The translations under genes and the position numbers were made by a program. The notes under the pieces were generated by a model. That model was not told the DNA's origin. It made no database searches and was given only the letters and a program-made list of their open reading frames with translations. Shown piece after piece: positions 37,578-52,319 of a stretch of 64,000 bases of DNA. The first letter of the stretch is position 1. The number at the start of each line of letters is the position of its first letter. Origin of the DNA: Eledone cirrhosa (taxonomy: Eukaryota). The stretch spans positions 327,298,001 to 327,362,000 of the forward strand of contig OZ024740.1 in the NCBI GenBank assembly GCA_964016885.1, in the 5' to 3' direction.

Positions 37578-38500
37578 TGGCACATGTCAGTTCATACATA
37601 CTGGTCAATATATGAACACAAAAACTTGAAAAATATTCCCAAATGCAAATATGAACTGCAAAAGCAGAAATCTAATTTACTGCATTAAATGCCCGAATTG
37701 TGAAGAACTATATGTCGGTCAAACTGGAAATGCACTATCTGAGCCTGCACCGGTGTACCGACAGCAGATCAGAGATCCAAATGTTCGTCAGATACCCCTG
37801 AGTAACCATCTAACAACACGTGGTTAGAAAATATTTATAATATTTCCATTCTACAAACTACACAGCCCAAGTGAAATCAAGAGAAAAATTAAAGAAAAGA
37901 AGTTTATTGATAAATTCCAACCCAAGCTAAATGAACAATAATAATGCTTAGGAGTATTACTTTTACTATGACTACGCCTACGACCATGTCGAAAACCGCC
38001 TCTAACAACAACAACAACAATAATAATAATAATAAAAGTGATGCTGATGTTGATGATTACCGAAGATTTTTTATAAAAACCCTAGAAAACGCTATTTTCA
38101 TCATTTCTAAAAATAGCAAAACAGTTGATGCTTTGGATAGGGTCAAATAGAAGTCGTTAGACATGCTCAATCAACCGTGATGCCTAAACCAATCAGCTTT
38201 AGTAATCTAGTAAAACCACACACCCATTGGTCGAAATACAGTTTGCAAAAGTTAGCATTCTGTAGCCCCTTTTTATTGTATATAAGGCAAAGATTTTAGC
38301 CATCTCATTACAGTTGAAAATTGCAAACTTGACTGTCACCACTGAATATGAACCTGAAGATTGCGAAAGCATTAAAGTACTTGTACAATTAACATTTAAG
38401 ATTTAATATTGTACCATAATATTTCATTACAATATCATTATAATTTTAAAGGATTGTAAATAAAACGAGTAAATCAAACAAAGTTGGAATTCCTTTTATT

Positions 38501-38583
<83 letters not shown>

Positions 38584-38589
<6 letters not shown>

Positions 38590-38809
38590 CATATTTCAAG
38601 GGCAACCAAGGCAAATTATGGTGCGCTTTCATCAGATAAAATACAGATTTGGTTTATAAATAAATATTGACATACCCGGAAAAAAGACACCCTTAACGGT
38701 TGGAGCTTCCTGGATAATATTTCTGTATCTTATTTATAAAACAAATCTGTATTTTATCTGAAGAAAGCGCACCATAATTTGCCTTGGTCACCCTTGAAAT
38801 ATGTATAAT
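38584..38809. repeat. Fold-back with ~80-bp arms after a (TA)n array
   Basis: 38584-38663 is the reverse complement of 38730-38809. Confidence 0.85.
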
Positions 38810-39320
38810 AAAACAAATATGGTTTTATAAATATAGTTTCCATTTATTAATATATTGTGTATTTACTCAACTAAACTTTTGAGTGCTTTATATCCGTTAT
38901 AAAAATGTTTAAGCTTGTTGAATCCCAATAAATTAAATATAACCTATGCATATATATATACATATATATATGTATATTTATATATATGTACACATATATA
39001 CATAAATGTGTGTGCGTGTGTGCGTGCGTGTGTGCGTGTGTGTGTGTGTATGTGTGCGTGTGTGTGTGAGGGGGGTGTATCCGTATGTGGTTGACGGCTG
39101 AGGAAAAAGAAGTGCTCAATGCCGAAGTAGAGTATGAATATTCATTTTATTACGACCAAATAAAATATATATATTACTAAATAAATATATATATATATTT
39201 TTAAATAACACTCCAGTTGCATTTTCGATTTCATCTTGTTTTCTTTATACTTTCACTCGTATAGGACACCGGTTATTTTTCATTTTGTAAAAAAACCTCA
39301 CTTTCTAATATATATATATA

Positions 39321-40181
39321 CGAGGTGTGTCAGAAAGTTCCAGGACTGATGTCACAAAAATTTATTTCAAACCCAAACTTCACACTAAGAGTTTTCTCCT
39401 TCAAAGTAATCCCCTTGGAGTATGTAACTGTAATCTTAGCTCTCTGCAGCGATAAAACTTTTTTCTTCATAATTTTATATACATGTCCTCTATTTCAGGT
39501 CCTCAACCAATGAGCACAGAGCAGCGAACAAACTTGAAAACTCCGTCAGAAGCACTGGGATTGCTGCAGAATATGTATGGAGATGAGACGATGTCACGCT
39601 CGCGTGTTTTTGAGTGGGGCAAGATGACCCCAGGAGCGGAAGGCCCTCAACAACCAGGACTGAGGTTAACGTTGAGCGCGTCAGGCAGATGGTGCGTAGC
39701 GATCGTCGGCTGACTGTTCGACTGGTGGCAAATGAGCTGGGCATGAATCGGGACAGCGTCTGGAAGATTCTAACTGAAGATTTGGACATGCGGAAAGTCT
39801 GCGCGAAGATGGTGCCAAAACTGCTGAACGATGACCAGAAGGGTCGACGCATGCAGGTGTGCCAGGACATCTTCGCGCGTCTTGAAACCGAACCAGACTT
39901 GCTAGGGACAGTCATCACCGGTTATGAGTCATGGATCTTCGAGTACGACCCGGAGGGGACCCGTTTTGAAGATGTGGACGACATCAAAGAGGCCGTGACG
40001 ATGGAACTGCGGAGGATCCCGGAAAAATCCTTCCAGGATTGCATGCAAGCGTGGCAGATAAGGATGGAAAAGTGCATTAGACTCCAGGGGGATTACTTTG
40101 AAGGAGAAAACTCTTAGTGTGAAGTTTGGTTTGAAATAAATTTTTTGTGACATCAGTCCTGGAACTTTTCTGACGCACCTC

Positions 40182-40182
<1 letters not shown>
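39321..40182 (+). mobile_element. Mariner transposon, internally deleted, ~95-bp TIRs, TA TSD
   Basis: DDPRSGRPST, DRRLTVR and RKVCAKMVPKLL (WVPHEL-like) motifs. VITGYESWIFEYDPE is fused directly to GTRFEDVDDIK...RMEKCIRLQGDYFEG, so most of the DDD domain is deleted. Confidence 0.92.
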
Positions 40183-40264
<82 letters not shown>

Positions 40265-40888
40265 GGTAAACATTGATGCAATTCAATTCAAGCACTCAAC
40301 GTACTTTTTCCACATAGGAGTGACGGAGTAAATATCTATATTTTTTACTCACCTCAATCCGACTTCTCACTTGGAAAAAAATTTCTAACTTTTAATTACT
40401 AATTGTTAATTTTTTAATTGTTTAATTTATAATTTCTGATACCTGAATTAGGACTTTAATTTTTATTTCCAACTCTCACTCTTAACTTACAATGTGAAAT
40501 CATGATACCTAGAATTAAGTTCATTTTCCCTTTGAGTTGATGGTCAGTCGTACTGTCCACGCTAGGTGAGAGGTAGTATTATGACCTGTAAAAACTAACA
40601 CTCTCCCACCCCCTCTGGTTTTCGACTGACTACCACAGTCGAGATGGGTAGCAGTAGACTATGGTACGGGCCATTGTGTCACTGAGAGGGTGAACTGACT
40701 AAGCGAATTTCGTTGAAATCTGCGGTAGCTAATGGTCAACTTCCTTCGGACATGCGCACGCGCAGACCGGTGGGGGTGAATTGGTACTCACAGGGGAACG
40801 GGTGATAAACCCAAAAGCACGCATTTCATCCGTTCCCATGTCGATTCAATTTGGATTGCTTCGGAAACATAACCTTATTATGTAACAA

Positions 40889-40962
40889 GCTGCCTGATGA
40901 TGTCACGACACTCGCACACAGAACAGTGTGGCCAGTGTCGCCATTGAAATATATATCACAGC
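40889..40962 (+). ncRNA. Type I hammerhead ribozyme motif near the end of a ~760-bp insert in (TA)n
   Basis: gctgc-CTGATGA-tg..cgacact cgcacac..gtgtg..agtgtcg..-GAAA-tatata-TC-acagc, followed by attaaa. Confidence 0.65.
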
Positions 40963-41009
40963 ATTATTATTAAAGGACTTGAACATCTGAAACTATTTCG
41001 CTTTTCCTT

Positions 41010-41168
<159 letters not shown>

Positions 41169-42316
41169 ACGCTGAAAGAGAACGTTTCATGTTTAACAAG
41201 AAATATTCCACGAGTAAAGAATTCAATTCAGAAGGCAAAATAGATTGGCTAGATCAAAGTATTGATATATTAAATATATTATACTTAAATCCTTTCTGCA
41301 CACTAAATGGCAACTTTGTTATACTAATCATAATTGTTTATACTTTACGCACAAGGCCAGCAATTATCCAGCGCATTATTGGTACTTTATTTTTATCGAC
41401 CCCGTAAGGATGAAAGGCAAAGTCAACCTCGACGGGATTGCTTAGAGACTGGCATTGAATTATGGTGGATTAAAGCACGTACGTTTCTGTCGGAATTGTA
41501 ATGGTAAAGCCATTCACTTTCGTCGTCGAATGTTGTGCGTGAATAAAAGTTTCTGGTTCTCATAACTTCCCGGTTCCACCCTCTGCCAGTCCATTCCCGT
41601 TATAAACGTATGTGTATTCACTTACTGCTTAGCTGTAGTTATATCAATTTGTACGACTGAGGTCCGCTTTTAGTTTTTCAAAGATGATTATGCATCACAT
41701 ATTTAATAGAGTTAAAATCGACTTCTTTAAACATGTTTGCGCATAGAATATAGTGTTGCTGTCAGGAGACAAAGAGAGATATAAGAGAATGATGGTCCAC
41801 TGCCGTGAGGCTGGAGGAACCAAGCGACCATATATATATGAGTATACCAAGCGAGCTAATATATGTGTATGCATATATATTTATATATATGTATGCAAAA
41901 AGTAAACGGAAACAACAAAGAAAACAATACAGTACAATGGAGAAATATGTTAGTTTAACGCTTGATAAAGTAGGAAAAGAGACTTTACGTTTCCGACACT
42001 AGTCATTCATCAGAATATTGAATGAACAATAAAAAATGAAATACAAAGATAGAGGGTGAGACGAGCAAGAAACGCACGTGTGTATTCAGTCAACCATTTT
42101 CTCTATATAAGGGATAACTTGAATCGTTAAGGTATATTATTCTTGGTTATGTCAAATATTTATAAAACTTTTTGTATTTTATCTGGTGATAGCGTACAAA
42201 AATGTTGGTAACCTTGAAATATATACAATATAATAAATATTTTTTTATAAATATAGTTTCCATTTATTTAATATCAATGTATATATATATATATATACAT
42301 ATATACACACACACAC

Positions 42317-42441
<125 letters not shown>

Positions 42442-42599
42442 ATTTGGACACATTCTCTGCATCTCATGACAGAGGTTTAAGTCATGCACTGCTACTTTAT
42501 GTAATCTGCATTGCCTTGTATAGTCTGGTGTTGGTGTCACAGCTAGGTCTTGAAACCAAAGGTAGTGCAATAGCTGTTACGTGTATGAATCGCGATATG

Positions 42600-42662
<63 letters not shown>

Positions 42663-44633
42663 CATATATATACAAAGAGAGCGTGTGAGAAGATATACGC
42701 ATTTATTGACAGTAAGAGTGAAAATGAATGAAAAGGTGAAAAAAGAGATTCATTGTATCCTATACACCAATGGTATGCCACGTGAAAAAAAAAACAGACA
42801 ACGGTAGGAATTATCATTTTTTTCTCTGTTGCCATGTCTATAATTTCATTTTGGTGTTATTTATACATTAACAAGTTTCAAAAGAAAAAAAAATTGAAAG
42901 AAAAATATTGGGAAATTATTGTGAGGAACGCATAGTGACTTTATATATCGAACGTTATAATGATACCCACGCAGTCATACAAACGCGTCCAAAATATGCA
43001 GCAACACTACTATTAAATAGACGATAACAAAAATATGTTGGCAGTAGACCATAAATGTAAAGGGAAAACATATAGGAAAGTATATATGACTTATTATTAG
43101 TTCTTTTGCGTTTTATATTTGGTTTCTTTGTTTATTTAGAAACGGGGTGGATTTTTGTTTTCTTAGTTACCTTTCTGATGCAATACATTAAGTTAAGGAC
43201 AATAGAGATGGTACTAACAGTTATGATGTATGTATGGATCAGTAACTCCTGGTGGAGTCGTAGCTGTGCCGTGATACACGAGCCGTGTCTTGTGTATTTT
43301 AAACCTCTTCAGGTTTGAACACAGCCTGGTTTCTCCCACAGAAGGAGAGACAGAATGATAGAAAGAGTAAGAGAGAAAACGATATAGAAAAAGAATCGAT
43401 CCCAATAATAGAAATGTATTTTTATCGACTTAGAAAGATGACAGGCAAACTTGTCCTCGGTGGTATTTGAACCCAGAGCGCAGAGAGCCGAAACGAATTC
43501 GGCAAAGCATTCTAATTCACGCTCTAATGATTCTGCCAATTCACTGCTTAGCATTGATTTGTAATCATAGTAGCTTGATTTTAAACATAGGTATAAGGTC
43601 ACACATTTTTACAAGATGAACAATCGATTTAGATACACACCACTATTTGAATATTCTATTGAAGCATGTTGTCCACAATAGGAATCGAACTCAGAGCTTG
43701 TTCAACGATCTACTGTGTGCAGCATCCTCCCGCTATGTAACAGTAGCGGTGAGGCCTCTCCCTTCTAACTATGCAAAGGGCATATTAGAACAGGTATTTC
43801 GAGCTACATTCTGCCCTATAAAAAATATGGATAAAAAATAGATCTGTTTAATCAGAGCTGACATGTGATTAAGCATCAACAATAGTAATGGTATATTAAA
43901 CATTCTTATCATAATGACTATAATATCGTTATATTTGGGGAAGGTGATATTGTTATAATATTGCCAGAAATAATAATAAAACACACTCACTGTTTGGTTT
44001 GGATTGGTTTTCGCTTCTGTATCATTTATATCTCCATAGTTCATTGTTTCTCATTGATTGACCAACGGTTAAAAATACAGATATATATATGTGTGTGTAT
44101 ATATATATATAGTCTATCAAAGTTCATTCGTCACACATGTGTGACATCATCAGTGGTACTATTATGTTGTATTGTAATGCTTACGCCATTTATATAATAG
44201 CAATATCTATATATTCACCATAGACTCTTCCTCAAACCACCTATGTGAATAATACCTCATATTGATTCAAACATCAACCACCCTTTCTGAAGGAATGATA
44301 TAGAAAATGTAAGAGAAAAAAAGACTTTCTATTGCAACACTACCTAAAAATGAATGTGACGCCAATGTTTATCGACTGGTCTCGTTTTTCAACAAAGGAG
44401 CTTTTATATGGTATCTCGGCCTCTATGAAATGGCAATAAAATCAACCTTAAAGAATAAAGATTTACAAAAAAAAAAATGGCATGGCCACAAGAGGAATGC
44501 CTTCCATCATATACAAATTTGGTCAGATCAGACGTTGAAATCATAAATTAGGACAGGACACAGACAATGTAGTTATACATATATATACAAAAATATATAT
44601 TATATATCTATATCTATATATATATATATCTAC

Positions 44634-44693
<60 letters not shown>

Positions 44694-44769
44694 TTGTACA
44701 CACACACGCGCACTCACACACACACACATACACTCACACACAAATTTATATATATATAGAAAATACAAT

Positions 44770-45040
44770 GCAACGGGAGGAAACAATAGCACCACTGACG
44801 ATGTTGCAGATGTGCAACGAAAGAACTTTGATAAACTATATATATGTGTTTGTGTCTATATTGTATCTGTATTACTTTTGACCGTTGGTCAGTCAATGGC
44901 AACATTGAGGACCGAATAAATTAGATTACCGATATAAAAGACACAGAAGCGAAAAGCGAAAACCAACCAAACAGTGAGTGTGTTCTGTTATTAATTCTGG
45001 CAATATTACACAAATATGACCCTCCCCAAGTATAACAATA
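44770..45040 (+). mobile_element. Solo Penelope terminal repeat with hammerhead core
   Basis: Near-identical to 59575-59841. CTGACGA-tgttgca gatg tgcaac-GAAA at 44795-44822. A diverged inverted copy lies at 43915-44090. Confidence 0.7.
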
Positions 45041-45082
45041 TTTGTTTCGACACACGATTTCATATAAAAAACCTCGTAAAAC

Positions 45083-45127
<45 letters not shown>

Positions 45128-45132
<5 letters not shown>

Positions 45133-45692
45133 TATAATAAAGAGAGACGAACACAGATATATACATATATGCGTTCAAATCACAAGGGACCTAAATCGTT
45201 AGGGTGAAGAAAATACTAATTATGAACAATACAATTTGCCAGACTCAATTTAAAGGATATATTATGAAATACAATCCGAATCATGATAACTATCAACATC
45301 CAGACAGCCTTTGGTAGAACTGTTTCGCAACAAAGAGGAGAGAGTTACAAATCCAATTGCTCTTGAGTTTTTCTCTCTCTTAAAACACGCGCATCATTTA
45401 GTCTTCTAAGATATTTCAGAGTGAAGGGATTACTAATCTGTACATCCAATCAGATTTGTAACTCTCTCCACTTTGTTGCGAAATAGTTCTACCAAAGGCT
45501 GTCTGGATGTTGATAGTTATCATGATTCGGTTTGTATTTCTTAATCTATCCTTTTAATTGAGTCTGGCAAACCGCATTGTTCTTGTTCTTAGTTAGTATC
45601 TTCTTCCCCCTAGCGGTTTATGTCCCTTGCGATTTGAAACCATATATACGTGTTTGAACGTATATATCTGTGTTTGTCTCTCTTTATTATAT
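45128..45692. repeat. Imperfect fold-back, ~225-bp arms
   Basis: 45128-45352 is the reverse complement of 45453-45692. Confidence 0.85.
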
Positions 45693-46010
45693 TGAATTAT
45701 ATTATAAGGCTAGGAAATTCTTTTTTTCCTTGAGCTATTTTAATTATAAGGGACTATTGAGCGTTTTTAAATCAATATATACTTTTGATATATATATATA
45801 TCAGGAATGGATTCAGTTAGAAACTATTTATTCCATTACTCACCAGAGTATTCGATACTTGGAATAGTAGAGTATGGTATTATAAAAGATGTGGGACCCC
45901 GACGGCTGAGCTCTTGCCGTTTCAACAGCTAGTTCCAGACCTTTTGGAACTAACTGCTGAAGCGGCAAGAGCATAGCCGACGGCGTCCTCATGACTCTTT
46001 CATATATATA

Positions 46011-47094
46011 CTAGCAGCAGTACCCAGCGTTGCCTGGGAAGGTAAAATAATATCTGCTTTGATGAAAAGGTGTTGATCTTCGCGACTGCTTCTCGATGAC
46101 TCATCTATGGCCACACACAGGCTATGCGGGGGAGGGTGGTGATGACCTCTATCACTGAGAAACACGGGTGACTGACGAAGGGGCATGCTGGGGGAGGGAG
46201 GTAATGGCCTCTAACACTAAGCCAAATTTCCTCACGCTACTTGATTGGAAACCGATGAATTCTCAAATAAACAACTAAAAGCTCAGACGACATCAGTGGC
46301 CATCGTTTTGCCTTTGACCATCTATAACATGTGCAATGATAGGTTCTATCGTAGTATAAAAATTGAACCAAATAAATTGATTTATATGTGAGGTGGAGCC
46401 GAAGTTTCGAATTTGAACGAAATCGGTTGAAAAATGTGGGAACTAATGATAGGTCGCCGTCCCTGAACAAAAAATGCAAAGTGTAAAGCTACTATATGAT
46501 GTGCAATGATAGGTTCTATCGTAGTATAAAAGTTGAACCAAATAAATTGATTTATGTATGAGGGGGAGCCGAAGTTTCGAATTTGAACGAAATCGGTTGA
46601 AAAATGTGGGAGCTAATGATAGGTTCTATCGTAGTATAAAAGTTGAACCAAATAAATTGATTTATGTGTGAGGAGGAGCCGAAGTTTCGAATTTGAACGA
46701 AATCGGTTGAAAAATAGGGGAGCTAGAGCCGAAAAGGCGGAAAATTGAGCGAAACGGTGGTATTTTCGAATATTTAAGCGGCTGCCACGCCGTTCCTGAA
46801 CAAAAAATCCAAAATATAAAGCCACTTTAAGACGTGAAATAATCAGATCTAGCGTAGTGTAAAATTTGAACAAAGTAGGTTGATTAATGTGGGAGCTAGA
46901 GCCAAAAATCTTATTTTTCGATACCTAAAAAAAGGTGACCCCCTATCGATTTTTATCTGCAGAATGACCCCGGAATAAAACACGATACGCTGATATATAG
47001 AAAACACTCCCCGATGACTAACCTATGTGTCTGTAAAGTTTCATGAAAATCGGTCGTAAGATATAGGCCCCTATAGGTAATACACAGACACACA

Positions 47095-47131
<37 letters not shown>

Positions 47132-47152
47132 TTAATTTTATATATATACAGA
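46011..47152 (-). mobile_element. Non-autonomous Helitron with an internal ~110-bp triplication
   Basis: Minus strand 5' TCtgtatatatataaaa..(GT)n. 3' CCCAGGCAACGCTGGG hairpin plus CTAG is nearly identical to the 13080-13107 end. Internal repeats start at 46331, 46501 and 46615. Confidence 0.8.
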
Positions 47153-50100
47153 TATATATATATGTGTGGTGTGTGTGTGTGTGTGGGTATACTCATGTAT
47201 AAGTCGAGTTCCCCACTATTTTCACACACAAAATTGGACTTTTCCATTTATCATTTATCGAGTGTCTCCTAATTCCTGATAGATAAAAGATACATTTTTT
47301 TTGTATCAAGATATTATCCTGAACATAAATATCATAACGGGAAAATCAATTTCCTATGCACTGAAGTATGTAAGTGAAAATATAAGAGTTAAGCATTCTA
47401 ATTTATGTGTTTTGATGAGTAGAAATATCAATATTATTACGGTAATTGGTTGCCTTTTATTCATTCACTGTTCATTTAGGCTGCTGCTTATGGATGCAGT
47501 ATTTTGGAGCCCCGTGAGATGTAGAGATTAACGGAGTGAGTGTTACTGACCGTTCTTCGCGGAAATGCTTTCGCCATTTTATCAGCAGGTTGCAGCACAG
47601 ATATGCAGCCTAGACTGGGGTGTAGAACCTGCGTTTCACTCTCTTTCCTCTTACTTTTAATATTTCATTTCATTTCTTTTCCTTTTCTCTTTTTATTGCA
47701 AATATTATATAATTTAATTCAAATACATTGAATAAATTTAGTTTATCTACCTGTAACAATAGTAATTATATCTGACATAAGTTACAGCGCAACAATTTTT
47801 ATCCACTTCAAAATACAAACCAAAGTCAATTCAAGGACGAATAGAATTCAAAAAGTAAGTGACGTAATTTAATAAAGCAAACTCTATCTTTTACATTGAA
47901 AATTAATTATCTCTATCACAAAAGGGAAAAAAAGGGAAACAATTGTATTTTTATAATCACCCACGAAGCTGCATTGATGAGATAAACATATCGAAACGTG
48001 TCAGAAAATAATGGAAAAAAATCTTTATATACGCAAAATATTGAATAGTTACTTTAAACATAATTATCAACCCAAAAGTTATTTTCAACACTAATTAACT
48101 CTTTCAGAAGAGAAATGAAAGTGGGAATCTACAACACTAGAAGGGAAAAAAATGAGTAAATGCTACTAAACAATAAAAAATCTATTGTCTTAACGTTTCT
48201 TTCACTCACCGTCCTCCGTCGTCTGATTAATAATACTAATTTTTCTATTAACCACAAAGGTTTACATAAAAATAGAGGACTATACATAATGGTACATGAA
48301 AAAAGTGTGGGTTTACATAAAAACGTGTAGGAAGGGGAAATAACGAAAATTAAAAAAATAAAAATGAGTAGCATTACAATGAAACAAAGAAAAATCCTCA
48401 ATGTTTACTCATGGAAAAATCCACAAAAAATCACAACCAGCCTGAACCTTAAGGCAAGTGACTTCTCCCAATCTACAGAGGCACATTCAGAGTAGACCCG
48501 TTCACGCTGATCATACTCGCCAACCTCTCCCTGAAAAGAAAATTAAGGTTAGAGTGAAAGTTGTAAAAGTCGATGAAGACTTGACCAAATAGGAAAGATC
48601 CTGACTACAGTGCTTTCAATCTTATCTGCCACACAACCTTTTTCGCCATTGCTACCAGACAGATAAAGACTGCCTGCCTTTTCTGGCCAATGGAAGACGG
48701 TGGGATGGTCTTCACAATGGACTAAGCTGATAGCCAGATCCGTCCTAGTTGTTATTCGACATAACTCAAGAAATAAGCAATTCTCGGGCACATATGTTCG
48801 TTTCATTTCAGACAAGCCCAGGTGGGGGCACTTTGGGGCTTTTAGAGTTTAACTCAAATCGGCAATGAACACTGATAGCACTGCCAGGCCAACAATTTCT
48901 GGACCTATAGAATTTGATGAGTTGATTTTCGTCAATGCCCAGAAATTTCTCTGAGCACGTCGCCTAATTTTCCTGCCACCAATCCTCTACAAAGCTCCTT
49001 CAGAACAGCCTCTATCGAAAGTTTTTAATTAACCCATATTGATCAGATCCCCACCGAAGCAAGACTTACTCCCTTTCCTCTCTATGATGTATCACACGAG
49101 GATGTTGTTGTGCATAAACCTCGCCAGGATTGCACATTTCTGTGATTTTCCGACCCCACTTTCTATAAACGCCAACGTTCTTTTTAGCATCTTGGTCAAC
49201 ATCTTAAATACACTGCTGAGCAAAGTTACGGCCTGGAAATTTTCACTTATGTCCTTCTTGTTCACGTGTTACCACTCCATTCTGCTGACAATTGCAGCAG
49301 ACAGCTACGAGGACATTAGCGAACTTGCATATCTTCATAAAGCACGTAAAAGCAAACAATCAAACCTGGACGATCTGCGCATTATACTACCACATAAAGC
49401 CATCCAGTTTCAGTTACTCTTATTAGCTTATCACAGAACTTCGTATCTTTCGCTGCTCCGTTTTGAGGATGCTGTGGGTGGTCTTTTTATAATAGCGCCA
49501 TTGTATTAAAAATACAGATTTTGCCCCTAAAGGCTGAATATTCAGAGACACCCCTTTTGCAGAAAATAATAAGGCGCCCTATCTAAAATTTTAAAGTGAA
49601 GTCTCAACAAAACCTACTTCATAAACAGCTTAACAAGTAACAAATTTCAGAGCAGTAATATGCGTTAAGAAAGAATTCTAATTATTTCTAACAATGACAT
49701 AAAGATAGCAATTTGGGAGAAAGGGAGAGTCAAATATATTAACCCTAGTATTTAACTGCTGCTTTATTTTATCCATCCTGTAAGGAGCAAAATCAAAGTT
49801 GAAACAATAATAACGAATTCTAATTTAGGTACATAACTTACAATTTTTGAGGAGGGGAATATGCTAAGTAAAGATCATAAAGCGTTTGGTTAGCTGCTCT
49901 AAGAATTCGGCCAATCCAATACCTTCACTCATTTCTAATATAGGCACAAAACCAGAAATTATGGTGAAGGGGTTAATTGAATAGATCAACTACATTGGGC
50001 GAGAAGTACCTTATTTTAAATATCCCAGTTACATGAAAGTTAAAGTTGACCTCAATAAGAACTGAACACAGAACGTAAACCGTTTAACTAAATACCGTTT

Positions 50101-50239
50101 TGTCTTCTATATTCTAATGATTTGGCCAATCAACTATAAAAAACCAAAACTTTTAAACTTTGGGAATGAAAACACGATGTAATTTTCAAACAACAACAAC
50201 AGAACACTGCCACCACCAACAACAACAGCAATAATAATA

Positions 50240-50692
50240 ATTGTTTCTACTTTAGGCACAAGGCCAGCAGTTTTTGGGAAGGGAAAAGTCGATTAAATCG
50301 ACTCCAGAAGGTGAAAGGTATTTTATTTTATCAAGCCTCGTAAGGATAAAAGATAAAGCTAACCTTGGCAGGATTTGATCTCAGAACGTAAAGGGCCGTA
50401 ACTCAATGCTGCGATGTATGGTGCTTGACGCTCTAACGACGCTCTAACGATTCTGCCAATCCACCCACCTTTATAATAATGATTTCTACTATAGGCACGA
50501 GGCCAGTAATTTTGGGGGAGGGGAAAGTCGATTAAATCGACTCCAGTACGTTACTGGTACTTTATTTTATCGACCCCGTAAGGATGAAAGGCAAAGATAA
50601 CCTCGGCGGGATTTGAACTCAGAACGTAAAGGGCCATACCTCTATGTTGCAAAGCATGGCGTCCGACCTTCTACCGATACTGCCATTCCACC
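50240..50692 (-). mobile_element. Two tandem family A SINEs
   Basis: Both copies (50240-50468, 50480-50692) carry the A/B boxes and central box of 4505-4690. Confidence 0.8.
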
Positions 50693-51603
50693 AATAATAT
50701 TAATGATAATGCTGATGCTAATGTTTATAATAATTTCTTTATTAGCTACGAATCATTACATCTATAATAACCATAAATTCTAATTAAAAAATCACACTAA
50801 ACAAATAAACAAAAGACAATGAAACTAATTACCTGTGACGTGTCATTTTTGCAAATAACGTAATCAATGACGTCGGGGTTCAAATTATCCATCCTCCATT
50901 ATACTTCAAGATATAGTCAGGCTAATTGTTTATCATAACTGTACATGTGAAGAATGTGAGCAGAGGATGTTCACGAGAATCTGAAGAGTTTCCTTCTTTA
51001 CATTGTGTTTATAAATGTAGATATAGAATGTGTGTGTATGTGTACGTGAGTGCATGCTGTATGTATATTTGTGTGTATGTTCTATGTGCGTGATTGCAAG
51101 TATGAATATATACGTTTGATTTATGTGTGTTCTTTTTTTTATATGTAATAATAATTGTGTATTTTTGCTTTGAAATGCTTTGAAGTCTGCCTCTTCAGTT
51201 ATTACCTTCTGCTTGTACTTCTATCATTTTCCACCAGACGCAGGTGTTATGAAAACGTGCAACGTGACATAATTTGAGTGACTATGACACAAAGAAAAAC
51301 TACGTTCTATAATAGATAGCGATGTACTACAACATTAACTGTTACATACACACGCACAAACTCAAACACACACATGTACACAAGCAGAGACACAAACACA
51401 CACACAAACACACGCACGCACACACACACACATATATGTACATGCAGTTATATGATAAATATATAGTAAATATGTAAGAATATATGTGTATGTGTTTATA
51501 TATATGATACAAATATGTAATAAATGTGTACATGTATATGTATACACACGCACACACATACATATAAATATATATAAACCGTGGACCAAATATTTATTAT
51601 AAG

Positions 51604-51638
<35 letters not shown>

Positions 51639-51944
51639 CATACGCACACACACACACACACATATATATATATGTATGTATGGTGTGTGTTTGTTTCTTT
51701 GATACATGAGAAGTATGGGTGTAGTGCATTCAATAGCGTTTTCTTACGTATAGCCTGGTCTCCACAGTTGCAACAGAAACTAGGTGACAGAGGGAGCTAG
51801 AACAGATAGAACACTGCCACCTCTATTTCAGAATGGTTGTCGTTGTTTTATTCTCTTCTGTTTTAGTTTATTATAATTTGATTTAAAATCTAATTATTAC
51901 ATTTAATTTCTTGATATTTTTAATGTTTTGTGAGATGACATTAG

Positions 51945-52267
51945 AGACAAGTAAACGATCTGATTCTTTTAATCGCTGTCCCCACGCTTTCAAATACTTG
52001 TTCCAAAGCTACAAGGACGCAGACTAATGTTATCCAGAATTAATTCAATGATCTCCTTTCATCAGTCCAAACATGTGTTGTCCCCCTTATGACGGCCATG
52101 CGCAAGACCGGTCAGCTCATATACACTTCCGTTTTTAAGATAACCTCACCCGAGTTGAGAATCCGTTGGGTGAAACACGCGTCCTCGAAGATGTTTTGCT
52201 AATTTTTTGTGGAACAAATTTCATACCGAACTCATCACATGGACGGACTGAATGGTCTATTTACTAC

Positions 52268-52319
<52 letters not shown>

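Noticed and set aside
48450-49510. Possible decayed LINE or coding region (ORF 49039-49509)
   Set aside because: No motif I could recognise with confidence. Needs BLASTX.
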